Below are positions 16,229 to 24,719 of a stretch of DNA of 40,437 bases, piece by piece. The stretch is from Verrucomicrobiota bacterium (GTDB lineage: Bacteria > Verrucomicrobiota > Kiritimatiellia > UBA8416), in the NCBI GenBank assembly GCA_018645275.1, contig JABGOW010000487.1, forward strand, positions 1 to 40,437, written 5' to 3'. Positions within the stretch are counted from its first letter, which is position 1. Each line of letters opens with the position of its first letter. Made by a program: the position numbers and the translations under genes. The notes below the pieces were generated by a model that saw nothing but the letters and a program-made list of their open reading frames with translations, searched no databases and had not been told where the DNA came from.

Positions 16229-17412
16229 CCTCTTGGTATTCCGCTCGTGGCTGGAGCGTATTCCAGATCATTCTATTCGGATGGCTGTTGACGGGGCTTG
16301 GCGCTTCGGCAGAACAGCCGGTCGGTTCAGGCGTCCCCCTCCCTGTTGTCATCGACTACTTCTATGAACCGGGCTGTCCTGCATGCCTTCGCATCCGAAA
16401 TGAGGTGCTCCCTGAATTGCGGCACCGATATGAGGGTTTCTATGTTCTGAATCGGTTCGATACGGGAGTCTTGTCAAACGTTGTCAGGCTTGTGGCCTAC
16501 CAGGATGCCCTGGGGGTTGCGGACAACAGTTCCGTCTCCATGTTCATTGACTATGGCCACGCCTTTTGCGGCATTGAAAAGATTCGGTCGGGGCTGACCC
16601 CTTGCTTGGATGCCCGGATCAGCGAGCGGCTTGCGCCGGGATGGCGGTCGCCTGATCCGATTCCGATCACGCAGGGGGAGCGTGCGGCGGTACACGATCG
16701 CGTGAGCGGGTTTACGCTGTCAGCCGTGGTGTTGGCCGGACTCGTGGATGGCATCAACCCTTGTGCGATATCCACGCTGGTCCTCTTCATGAGTATGCTG
16801 CTGGTCGGTGGCTTTCGAAGCCGACGCGTGCTCATTATGGGAGGCGCTTTCGTTATTGCCTCTTTCTCTGTCTATACCGCAATTGGACTCGGACTGCTGA
16901 GATGCCTTCACCTTCTTGATGCGTTTCCGTTGGTTGCGGCCGTCTTCAGAAAGGGGCTTGGGGGAGTCCTCCTGTTACTGGCCCTTTTCTCGTTTCGAGA
17001 TGCCATTCGATACCGTAGGACGCGAGATCCGCATCAGGTGACCGTCAAGCTCCCGGAGGGGATCAGGAAGTGGATCCACGCGGTTGTGAGAAAAGGGGGC
17101 AGGAGTCACCATCTCGTTGTCGCAGGACTCATTGTGGGCAGTGTTGTGACGGCACTTGAAACCGTATGCACGGGGCAAGTCTATGTCCCGGCGATGGCAC
17201 TTGTTGCACGGGAGAGTGTGGGGGTGCGTGCGTGGGGGTTGCTTCTTCTCTACAACCTGATGTTCGTTGCCCCGCTCATTGCCGCCATCGTGCTGACACG
17301 CTTTGGGCTTAGGACGGATGCCATGCTCGCACTGAGCAGGAAGAATGTTCCCTTCAGCAAGTTGCTGCTTGGCAGCTTTCTTGTGGCAGTTGCGGTCTAT
17401 CTCTTGCAGTGA
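16219..17412 (+). CDS. Membrane protein with an N-terminal thioredoxin-like domain (CPAC) fused to a DsbD/CcdA-like transmembrane domain
   Basis: Signal/TM segment, then YEPGCPAC. The multi-pass domain has GINPCAIS and ETVCTGQ, the conserved Cys-in-membrane pattern of DsbD_2/CcdA-type proteins. The GTG start overlaps the thioesterase stop. Confidence 0.55.
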   Translation: MSVASWYSARGWSVFQIILFGWLLTGLGASAEQPVGSGVPLPVVIDYFYEPGCPACLRIRNEVLPELRHRYEGFYVLNRFDTGVLSNVVRLVAYQDALGVADNSSVSMFIDYGHAFCGIEKIRSGLTPCLDARISERLAPGWRSPDPIPITQGERAAVHDRVSGFTLSAVVLAGLVDGINPCAISTLVLFMSMLLVGGFRSRRVLIMGGAFVIASFSVYTAIGLGLLRCLHLLDAFPLVAAVFRKGLGGVLLLLALFSFRDAIRYRRTRDPHQVTVKLPEGIRKWIHAVVRKGGRSHHLVVAGLIVGSVVTALETVCTGQVYVPAMALVARESVGVRAWGLLLLYNLMFVAPLIAAIVLTRFGLRTDAMLALSRKNVPFSKLLLGSFLVAVAVYLLQ

Positions 17413-17458
17413 GACGGTGGCTGCTAGCACGCTCCCATTGCCCCCAGCATATGGAAAA

Positions 17459-17568
17459 GATGCTTCGACTCCGCTCAGCATGACAGCAAACCTTAGGAAT
17501 ATGTCATCCTGAGCTTGCCGAAGGATCCCCCTTGGAAAGTGTCATCCTGAGCGCAGCCGAAGGATCTC
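17459..17568. repeat. Copy 3 of the GTCATxCTGAGC...CGAAGxATC repeat family (one inverted pair plus an extra direct unit)
   Basis: gatgcttcgactccgctcagcatgaca (17459-17485), tgtcatcctgagcttgccgaaggatc (17502-17527) and tgtcatcctgagcgcagccgaaggatctc (17540-17568). The spacer ccttaggaat resembles the cctaaggaat spacer of copy 1. Confidence 0.7.
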
Positions 17569-17651
17569 ATGCGACAAGCAGAGCGAACCCCGGGGAATGT
17601 CCACATATACCTCCCGCTTGACTTGGTGGGGTGGTTTGGCAAGAGTGACTC

Positions 17652-18443
17652 ATGATGAGTGTTGTCCGCAGAATTGGAGCTGACGCCCGTGGGCGGTGGC
17701 ATGTCGTGCGTCACGTGGCTGCTGTTATGTGCGGGTGTTTGGTGCTTGTCTTTCGCCCGCGCGCATGGCCACGAACCGTTCGTGAGCAGGTTGGTAAGCA
17801 GATCTTTTTTACGGGCTACGAAGCACTTGGAATGACGCTTGTATTGGCGGTGCTGGCCGGTGTTTCCGTTGTTGCACAAGCACAGCTCTGGCTTGGGCGG
17901 TTTGGTCAATCCGAGATGCTGGGTCCGCTGTTGATTGCCGTGATCGTTCGCGAGGCTGGGCCACTGCTGGTCAACTTCCTCGTGATTGGGCGGAGCGGAA
18001 CGGCGATCGTGACAGAGCTCGCAACGATACGCGTACACGGTCAGGAACGCGCTATGGACGCACAGGGGCTGGATCCCCTGATCTTTCTCGTGATGCCCCG
18101 TGTGGTGGGTATGGCGGTGTCCATTCTCTGCCTTACCATATTCTTTATTGCGTGCTCGCTTTTCACCGGCTTCGTCGTTGGGCTGTTCCTGGATGTTGGT
18201 GCGCATGATCCGACGGTCTTCATCCAAAGCGTACTGAAACCCGTGCGGGGAGGAGACCTCGTGAACTTGTTGGCAAAGACGCTTCTTCCCGGTCTGTTGA
18301 CCGGGGCGATCTGTTGCATGGAGGGGCTCACCATTTCAGGTGCGGTGACCGATGTTCCCCAGGCTGCAACTCGGGGCGTCGTGCGCTCCATTGCCGGGTT
18401 GCTGATTATTTCGGCTATTGTCTCGGTATTGACGTATCTTTAG
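17652..18443 (+). CDS. MlaE/YrbE-family ABC transporter permease
   Basis: 263 aa: QIFFTGYEALGMTLVLA..., IVREAGPLLVNFLVIGRSGTAIVTELATIR..., DPLIFLVMPRVVGM.... This is the typical MlaE pattern. Confidence 0.8.
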   Translation: MMSVVRRIGADARGRWHVVRHVAAVMCGCLVLVFRPRAWPRTVREQVGKQIFFTGYEALGMTLVLAVLAGVSVVAQAQLWLGRFGQSEMLGPLLIAVIVREAGPLLVNFLVIGRSGTAIVTELATIRVHGQERAMDAQGLDPLIFLVMPRVVGMAVSILCLTIFFIACSLFTGFVVGLFLDVGAHDPTVFIQSVLKPVRGGDLVNLLAKTLLPGLLTGAICCMEGLTISGAVTDVPQAATRGVVRSIAGLLIISAIVSVLTYL

Positions 18444-18454
18444 GGAGAGGCTCT

Positions 18455-19138
18455 GTGGAAGACCAAGTGCTGTCGTTTGACGGAATCGGATTTGATTCGG
18501 GGAGTGAGCACGTCTCCTCGATCTTCGACGCCAGCTTCTGTCTTGCTCCCGGAGACGTTCTGCTGGTGCGGCTCGCCTCCGATCGGGACCTCCCTCCAGT
18601 TGTGGATATGGCCTTGGGTCTGTTGGAGCCAAGCTGCGGCACAGTTCGCTTCATGGGCAGAAAATGGTCCGAAATGGACGCGTTCGAAGCTGCGGCCCGT
18701 CGGGGGCAGGTCGGCAGTGTATTCGAGAGGCCTGCCTGGATCAGCAGTTTGAACGTTTCAGAGAACGTCATGCTACGCGAACGACATCACACGCGGCGGC
18801 ATGATGCTGAGATTGTCAGGGAGGCGGAGGGCCTCGCTGCGCTTGCGGGGTTGGGGGAGCTGTCAGCCCTGCGGCCAGACGCGATGCAGCACCGACAACG
18901 ACGCGTGTATGAGTGGGTACGTGCATGCATGGGCGCCCCGAAGTTGTTGCTGCTTGCCTGCCCCGAGCGCGGTGCCCCAACTGCCGCGCTTACTCGCCTC
19001 GTTGATCTCGTGAAACAAGCAGCATCGCGGGGTGCCGCTGTCGTGTGGCTGACAGACGAGGCCGCAGTTTGGACGCACAAGGGTTTGGACGGCGCGAAAC
19101 GCAGTGCAATCGAGCAGGATCGGTGGATATCACTCTAG
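18455..19138 (+). CDS. ABC-ATPase-like (MlaF-position) protein with degenerate catalytic motifs
   Basis: ABC fold pattern is present (LSFDGIGF..., GTVRFMGRKW..., VGSVFERPAWISSLNVSENV..., APKLLLL...). Walker A is replaced by LASDRDLPP, the signature by AMQHRQRR, Walker B by LLLLACPERG and the H-loop by LTDE. The start is at GTG 18455, after GGAGAGG. Confidence 0.6.
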   Translation: MEDQVLSFDGIGFDSGSEHVSSIFDASFCLAPGDVLLVRLASDRDLPPVVDMALGLLEPSCGTVRFMGRKWSEMDAFEAAARRGQVGSVFERPAWISSLNVSENVMLRERHHTRRHDAEIVREAEGLAALAGLGELSALRPDAMQHRQRRVYEWVRACMGAPKLLLLACPERGAPTAALTRLVDLVKQAASRGAAVVWLTDEAAVWTHKGLDGAKRSAIEQDRWISL

Positions 19139-19152
19139 GGGGAGAAGACTCA

Positions 19153-20835
19153 ATGAAGCGTGACTTTAAATTTCGACATGTGGATGAGATTGCCGGGACA
19201 TTCGTTATCTGTGCATTGGCCCTTCTTGTGCTTGGCGTTGTCCTGGCGGGGCGAGCACAGGGATGGTTTGAGGGGACTTTTTCGCTGAATGTGGTTTTCG
19301 AAACGGCCGAAGGCTCCTTTGGGTTGCAGGAGGGGGCCGCCGTTCAGGTGCGCAGTACCGTAGCGGGGCGGGTGGGAAAGATCATGCCAACCGAGGGCGG
19401 ATTGATGGGGACGACATTGATCCTAAAGGAGCGCTTCCACCCCTTTGTCACTCAGGATTCCGTCGCGAAAGTGAAGAAGAAGTTTGGTGTGGCTGGGGAT
19501 GCCTATGTGGAGGTGGAGCGTGGCAAGGGCCCGATCGTTGAGGATGGCGGGACCATTGCGTGCGTTAAGGATGAAGAGCTCATGGAGACCGCTCAGAAGA
19601 TGTTGGCAGAGCTTGAGGAGAGTCTGCTTCCCATGTTTGAGGAATTCAAGAACATCGTGGCCAGCGCGGCCAGCATTCTCGCAAGCGTTGAGCAGGGGGA
19701 GGGTCTTGCCGGTGCCATCGTGACGGACCCTGTGCTTCGTGATGACTTCAGGGGTATTGTGGCCCATCTTGAGGGCGTTGTCTTGGAGGCGGAGCATGCC
19801 GTTGCACAGGCCAATGCTCTGCTTTCGAATGATGTTAGCGAGATCGCCGGCGATATCACCGTCGTTGCGGACCGGGCAAAGGTTCTGATGCGGGATGATA
19901 TCACGCGCATTGCCGCCAACATGCACGGGATTCAGAGCGAGCTGACGCGAACCTTGGAGGAGAGTCGCCGATTAATTGTGGGGATTCAGAGACACTGGTT
20001 GTTTCGGAAGCATGTCAAACAGGATTCGGATACGGTTCCCCTAGTGCCGGCTTCGCTCAGTGAACTTGGTGATCCTGACCTGATGCGGACGCTTCAGAGC
20101 GCCTTGGATGAAGCCAGAGCCGCCGACCATTCTTCTGCGATTGCGAAGCATGCTTACAACCTGGGCGTATGTCGCTTGGCTTCGGGAGATCCCGTGAGTG
20201 CGGGCAGGTTGAATACCGAAGCACGAATTGCCTGTCGAAGCGCGGGCGGTTCGGCTGCGTCGAGCTACCTGCTTGAAGCAGAGCTCTGTCGTCGCGAATC
20301 CAAGCTTGATGAAGCCGTCGCTTTGGTGGAGAAGGCGTTGGAATCGCCTCCTGATGGAGATGCGGCAAGGGCGACCAACGCGGAGGCGTACATTCTGCTT
20401 GGGACAATCCAGTTTGATGCTGAGAATATGGCCGGTGCCGCTAGGGCTTTGGATCGCGCATCCCGCCTCAACAAGCGACTTGAGCATCCGGCGTATGCGG
20501 CTGCAGTCTGTGGTTTGCGCGGACGCATTGCGCTGCATCAGGGCTCACAAAAGATCGCCGCCGAGGCATTTCAAGAGCAAGCCAAGTGGCTGCGTCGAGC
20601 CGGTACACTCGGGAGTATGGCCAGCACGCTGCTCCAGGCTGGAAATGTCTACAGCGGTATGGGGGAACACGGTGAGGCGGCCGAGCTCTACTGTAGGGCT
20701 GCCAGCAGTCTGATCGCTCAGGGCCACTTGCCTCGGGCCGCAGAAGTGCTTGCCCTAGCCACCCCCGCCTCTGAAGCGGCAGGCGATGAGCTTCTCTCCG
20801 CGCGTATTCAACAGCTTCAGCTCAACGTGGAGTAA
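19153..20835 (+). CDS. MCE/MlaD-domain protein with a long coiled-coil and TPR-like C-terminal extension
   Basis: N-terminal TM (IAGTFVICALALLVLGVVLAG). MCE-like beta domain (FSLNVVFETAEGSFGLQEGAAVQVRSTVAGRVGKI...VAKVKKKFGVAGDAYVEVERGKG). The last 220 aa or so are helical repeats resembling TPR. The start is at ATG 19153, after GGGGGAGAAG. Confidence 0.7.
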   Translation: MKRDFKFRHVDEIAGTFVICALALLVLGVVLAGRAQGWFEGTFSLNVVFETAEGSFGLQEGAAVQVRSTVAGRVGKIMPTEGGLMGTTLILKERFHPFVTQDSVAKVKKKFGVAGDAYVEVERGKGPIVEDGGTIACVKDEELMETAQKMLAELEESLLPMFEEFKNIVASAASILASVEQGEGLAGAIVTDPVLRDDFRGIVAHLEGVVLEAEHAVAQANALLSNDVSEIAGDITVVADRAKVLMRDDITRIAANMHGIQSELTRTLEESRRLIVGIQRHWLFRKHVKQDSDTVPLVPASLSELGDPDLMRTLQSALDEARAADHSSAIAKHAYNLGVCRLASGDPVSAGRLNTEARIACRSAGGSAASSYLLEAELCRRESKLDEAVALVEKALESPPDGDAARATNAEAYILLGTIQFDAENMAGAARALDRASRLNKRLEHPAYAAAVCGLRGRIALHQGSQKIAAEAFQEQAKWLRRAGTLGSMASTLLQAGNVYSGMGEHGEAAELYCRAASSLIAQGHLPRAAEVLALATPASEAAGDELLSARIQQLQLNVE

Positions 20836-20993
20836 GCGGCCTATTGAGAGGGGCCGACTCGAGTCGAAGAGCGTCATATTCTGCCCTTTCAGAATTCAGA
20901 AGCCGATTCTGCTTGCGTTCCATTTCGGAGATGTTTACAACGCACAGCAAGCACTAGTGTATCCAGAACCAATTTAGGGCGGGGTTTATCTGC

Positions 20994-23360
20994 ATGGCGA
21001 CGTCGAAATCAGGGAAAAAAGCAGCATCGCGGGCTAAGTCAACCAAGGGCTCCGCACAGCCTAGAGCTGCAAAGAAGGGCGCTGCCAAGAAGGCTAAAGC
21101 GCAGAAGCCGCGCGCGACTTCCAAGACTGCGGGGGCTCCGACAAAGAAGTCTCAGGAAAAGAAGCCTGCCGCAAAGAAGGTTGCAGCCGTGAAACCTGCT
21201 GCCAAGAAGGCAGCACCAAAGAAGCCTGCCGAAAAGAGAGCGGTGTCCAAGGCTAAGACCAAACCCGCTGCAAAGAAACCGTCGGTCAAGTCTGCTGCCA
21301 AGAAGTCGTCTGCTAAGCCTGCAGTCAAGAAGGCAGCGGTAAAGAAGCCCGCCGTTAAGAAGGCGGCCAAGGCTAAGACCAAGTCCGCTGCCAAGAAGGC
21401 GGCCCCTAAGGCCGAATCCAAGGCTCCGACCAAGAAAGCGACGGCCAAAGCGGCTGCGAAGCCCGTCAGCAAGAAGTCTGTCAGTAAGAACGCTGCCACG
21501 AAAGAGCAGAGCACCAAGAAGGCGGTTGAGAAGCAGACAAAGGAGCAACTGAAGGCCACGGAGGTCGCTGCGGAAGCGGCCGCAGCCGGAGCAACCGAAG
21601 CGGCTCCCGAAGAAGAGGTTGAGCTGACTCCGGAGGAGAAGGCCCAGAAGCTGTTCGAATCCGAATCTGTCCGCCAGGAAGACATCGAAGCCCAGATCCT
21701 TGTTGAGGCTGAGAAGGCCGCCAAGGCTGACAAGGAGAAGGACAAGCGAGAGTCTCGGAACCACAAGATCAAAGAGCTAATCGCATTAGCTGAGGATCAG
21801 GGCTATCTGACGTTTGAGGATGTCAATGAAGCCATTCCTGACACGGTCATCGAGCCAGAGGAACTTGAGTCCTACCTGGCTCTGTTGCGTGGCATGGACA
21901 TTGATATCGTGCAGTCTCAGGATGTCGACAAGCTGAAGGTCACGAAGAAGAAGGGCAAGGCTGCCAAGGGCGGACGTCTGGATTTCTTCGATGACCCGAT
22001 TCGCATGTATCTGCACCAGATGGGGCAGGTCCCGCTGCTGACTCGTGAGCAGGAAGTTGAGATCTGCAAGCGTATTGAAGAGGCCGAAGTTACGACCCGT
22101 GAGATATTCAATAGCGTTGGCATTGCAGGTGACATGTACCTTGCTTTGGCAGATCGTCTTGAGAATGGCAAAGAGCGCTTTGATCGCATCGTGGTCGACA
22201 AGTTTGTTGACAGTCGTGAAGACTACCTGGGGTCTCTTCATAAGGTTCGCCGGAGGATTCTAAAGGCTCAGGAGAAGCTGCACACGTCCTTCGGTAATGC
22301 GATGAAGACGCGCACCCACAAGGCCGACCGCGAGAAGCTTTTGAATTCGTGCGAGACGCTGAGGGCAAAGCAGGCAGGAGTTCTCAAAGAGCTCCATTTC
22401 AAGCAAAAGGTGATTGAGTCGATGGCATCTGATGCAGAGCGTCAGTTTCTCACGTTTCGCAATGCGGTGACGTCGCGTGCCCGGCTTGAGCGTGCCCGCA
22501 AGAGCAAGCGCCGTGACGAGGAGATCAAGCTGCTGCGCAAAACGATCCAGGAGTCGCAGAAGCGTTTCTGCATTCCGGCTGAAGAGTGCGTCGAGCGTTT
22601 CGAAGGACTGCGTGATGCCATGAGGCGAGGGCAGCAGGCCCGTACCGAGATGGTAGAGGCGAATCTTCGGCTGGTGATCAGCATCGTGAAGAAGTACATG
22701 AACCGCGGGCTTTCGTTCCTGGATCTTATTCAGGAAGGGAATACGGGGCTGATGAAGGCGGTTGAGAAGTTTGAATACCGCCGCGGGTACAAGTTCAGTA
22801 CCTACGCAACCTGGTGGATCCGCCAGGCGGCTACTCGGGCGATTGCCGATCAGGCGCGTACGATCCGAATCCCGGTTCATATGATCGAGACGATCAACAA
22901 GCTGCTGCGCGTCCAGAAGAAGCTGGTCCAGCAGTTTGGTCGTGAACCCACGGCAGAGGAAGCGGCAGAGGAAATGGATATGCCGGTAGAGCGCGTCCGC
23001 GCGGTCTACAAAATGGCCCAGCAGCCCATCTCGCTTCAGAGTCCCGTCGGTGACGGAGATGATGCCCATTTTGGTGATTTTATTGAGGATAAGTCTGCAG
23101 AGAATCCATCTGAGATGACAGCGCACAGTATGCTGAAGGAGCGTCTGCAAGATGTCCTTGATACGTTGACTGATCGCGAACGACAGGTTCTGGACTATCG
23201 TTTCGGTCTTACGGATGGCTACTCCCGGACACTTGAAGAGGTCGGGAAGAAGTTCACCGTGACGCGTGAGCGTATTCGCCAGATTGAGGCGAAGGCGCTG
23301 CGCAAGCTCAGACATCCCACCCGTATTCGGAAGCTCGAAGGCTTCCTGGAAATGAAATAG
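20994..23360 (+). CDS. rpoD: Primary RNA polymerase sigma factor (sigma-70) with a Lys/Ala/Pro-rich N-terminal extension
   Basis: Region 1.2: [21 protein letters not shown]. Region 2: [58 protein letters not shown]. Regions 3-4: [30 protein letters not shown]. The first 190 aa or so are AKK/KKPA repeats. Confidence 0.9.
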   Translation: MATSKSGKKAASRAKSTKGSAQPRAAKKGAAKKAKAQKPRATSKTAGAPTKKSQEKKPAAKKVAAVKPAAKKAAPKKPAEKRAVSKAKTKPAAKKPSVKSAAKKSSAKPAVKKAAVKKPAVKKAAKAKTKSAAKKAAPKAESKAPTKKATAKAAAKPVSKKSVSKNAATKEQSTKKAVEKQTKEQLKATEVAAEAAAAGATEAAPEEEVELTPEEKAQKLFESESVRQEDIEAQILVEAEKAAKADKEKDKRESRNHKIKELIALAEDQGYLTFEDVNEAIPDTVIEPEELESYLALLRGMDIDIVQSQDVDKLKVTKKKGKAAKGGRLDFFDDPIRMYLHQMGQVPLLTREQEVEICKRIEEAEVTTREIFNSVGIAGDMYLALADRLENGKERFDRIVVDKFVDSREDYLGSLHKVRRRILKAQEKLHTSFGNAMKTRTHKADREKLLNSCETLRAKQAGVLKELHFKQKVIESMASDAERQFLTFRNAVTSRARLERARKSKRRDEEIKLLRKTIQESQKRFCIPAEECVERFEGLRDAMRRGQQARTEMVEANLRLVISIVKKYMNRGLSFLDLIQEGNTGLMKAVEKFEYRRGYKFSTYATWWIRQAATRAIADQARTIRIPVHMIETINKLLRVQKKLVQQFGREPTAEEAAEEMDMPVERVRAVYKMAQQPISLQSPVGDGDDAHFGDFIEDKSAENPSEMTAHSMLKERLQDVLDTLTDRERQVLDYRFGLTDGYSRTLEEVGKKFTVTRERIRQIEAKALRKLRHPTRIRKLEGFLEMK

Positions 23361-23422
23361 CGGTATCTCGCACCAGGCGACCCGATACCACGCTATCCCG
23401 TACCCAAGAGAAGGAGAATCCA

Positions 23423-23806
23423 ATGGACCCCAAGATGCTAATGATTGCTACAGGTGCAGCAGGACTTGTTGTTGGTTTTGTTGCAGGTCGTCTGTCTGCT
23501 GGCTGCACAGGAGGCCCCGACGTTGATGAAAGTGGAGTTGAACCCGGTGACGGGATCGAGCTCTACGTCGGAAACCTCTCGTACGACTTGAGCGAGAAGG
23601 AGTTGATCAAGGTGTTTGCGGCGCACGGCAAGGTTCTGTCGGCTCGGATCATCAAGAACAAGTTCAACAATCGTTCCAAGGGCTACGGTTTCCTTGAGAT
23701 GGCGACTCAATCCGGTTCTGACAAGGCGGTCAAGGCAATGCACGGCAAAGAGGTCAAGGGGCGCAAGCTCGTAGTGAATGAAGCGCGCTCACGCTCTCGC
23801 GACTAG
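23423..23806 (+). CDS. RRM-domain RNA-binding protein with an N-terminal hydrophobic segment
   Basis: RNP-2 LYVGNLS and RNP-1 KGYGFLEM. The RRM is preceded by MDPKMLMIATGAAGLVVGFVAGRLSAGC. There is a strong SD (AAGGAGAA) upstream of ATG 23423. Confidence 0.8.
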   Translation: MDPKMLMIATGAAGLVVGFVAGRLSAGCTGGPDVDESGVEPGDGIELYVGNLSYDLSEKELIKVFAAHGKVLSARIIKNKFNNRSKGYGFLEMATQSGSDKAVKAMHGKEVKGRKLVVNEARSRSRD

Positions 23807-23831
23807 CATCCCCGCAGGCCGTAGCGGAGAT

Positions 23832-23854
23832 CAAGCGCCCTGAATGGGCGCTTG
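23832..23854. terminator. Stem-loop between convergent genes (possible bidirectional terminator)
   Basis: CAAGCGCCC (23832-23840), loop tgaat, GGGCGCTTG (23846-23854), giving a perfect 9-bp stem. There is no clear U-tract on either side. Confidence 0.35.
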
Positions 23855-23856
23855 GG

Positions 23857-24405
23857 CTATGGCAGGATCAGTCCGTCCGCGACGGCAGAGACGGCCTCTC
23901 GGTCGCACAGTTGCTCAATAATGGCGAGTGCGAACTCAAACGTGGTTCCAGGCCCTTGGCTGGTGATCACGTTGCCATCCCGAACAACCCGTTCGGTGCG
24001 GCGCGATGTCGCCGTGAGCTGTTTCGCGACGGCAGGATGACAGGTTGCCGCGCAATCGGTCAGGACTCCCGCAGCCTGTAGGGCGAGTGGTCCCGCGCAG
24101 ACGGCTGCTACGAGCTTTGCCTCGCTGTGGAACCCCCTAATGGCCTCAAGTACTCCTGTATGTTCGCACAGACGTTCGCTACCGCCGGCACCTCCCGGCA
24201 GTACGATGGCATCATAGTTGTTCGGGACAATACTGCTCCATAGGGTATCGGCAAGGAGTACAACGCCCCTTGATGCGGTTACGGTTCTTGAGTCGCCAAT
24301 TGCAGCGCTCACGACATCGAGAGAGGCGCGACGAAGCACATCAATAACGATGACGGCTTCCATCTCTTCTACACCCTCGGCGAGTGGGACTACAATGCTC
24401 GGCAT
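23857..24405 (-). CDS. DJ-1/PfpI-family protein
   Basis: 182 aa: MPSIVVPLAEGVEEMEAVIVIDVLRRA..., DAIVLPGG, and the nucleophile-elbow VAAVCAGPLAL. The start is at ATG 24405, after AAAGGAG. The 135-codon upstream extension of the ORF overlaps the pilin gene and looks non-coding. Confidence 0.8.
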   Translation of the reverse strand: MPSIVVPLAEGVEEMEAVIVIDVLRRASLDVVSAAIGDSRTVTASRGVVLLADTLWSSIVPNNYDAIVLPGGAGGSERLCEHTGVLEAIRGFHSEAKLVAAVCAGPLALQAAGVLTDCAATCHPAVAKQLTATSRRTERVVRDGNVITSQGPGTTFEFALAIIEQLCDREAVSAVADGLILP

Positions 24406-24665
24406 GTTGACTCCTTTCGAATTCAGCTGCGCATTCCGGTGAACGAGAGCGGCGCCGAGAACGGTGGACGATTGGGAGACTCTCTTCTCGTAATCCGCTC
24501 TCGTCAGCCCTTCCCCCGCCCGCTCCGCGGGTCCCAAAGCGGTGACTTCGTCACCGCACTCCATACCCCTCCACTCCCATGTGGAGTGCTCCGACGGAGT
24601 CGGAGCTCTAGATTTGCGCGGAGCGCACGTCAGGCGTAACGATGGGCGCTTACCCATGTTGAGCG

Positions 24666-24705
24666 AAAAAAAGGGGGACGAGGCCTCGAAAGGTCCCGTC
24701 CCCCC
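24666..24705 (-). terminator. Rho-independent terminator of the pilin gene
   Basis: The minus-strand RNA reads GGGGGACGGGACC-UUUCGA-GGCCUCGUCCCCC followed by U7. It begins 15 nt after the pilin stop codon. Confidence 0.75.
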
Positions 24706-24719
24706 TGATTCAACCGGTC

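Noticed and set aside
20855-20866. 12-bp palindrome CGACTCGAGTCG after the MCE gene, considered as a terminator
   Set aside because: It is a short stem with no loop and no U-tract. It contains an XhoI-type palindrome that can occur by chance, so the support is insufficient.
21039-21772. Two long antisense ORFs (241 aa and 206 aa) opposite the 5' part of rpoD
   Set aside because: They are artefacts of the Lys/Ala codon repeat (GCN/AAG). The reverse frames lack stop codons and translate to Leu/Arg/Gly/Ser or Phe/Ala/Leu repeats, which is not protein-like.
22260-23423. 387-aa antisense ORF opposite the conserved rpoD core. Other long antisense ORFs of the same kind are 12005..13009, 11545..12336, 10351..10992, 17493..18227, 36063..36707, 5878..6489 and 14162..14812.
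   Set aside because: Each lies fully inside a confidently identified conserved gene on the other strand and has no recognisable motifs. Long antisense ORFs are expected at this GC content.
23495-23510. Lipoprotein lipobox (LSAGC) in the RRM protein N-terminus
   Set aside because: The -3 position is Ser rather than Leu/Val/Ile, and an Arg interrupts the hydrophobic region just before it. Export of an RRM domain is biologically unlikely. I kept it only as a note within the membrane-anchor finding.
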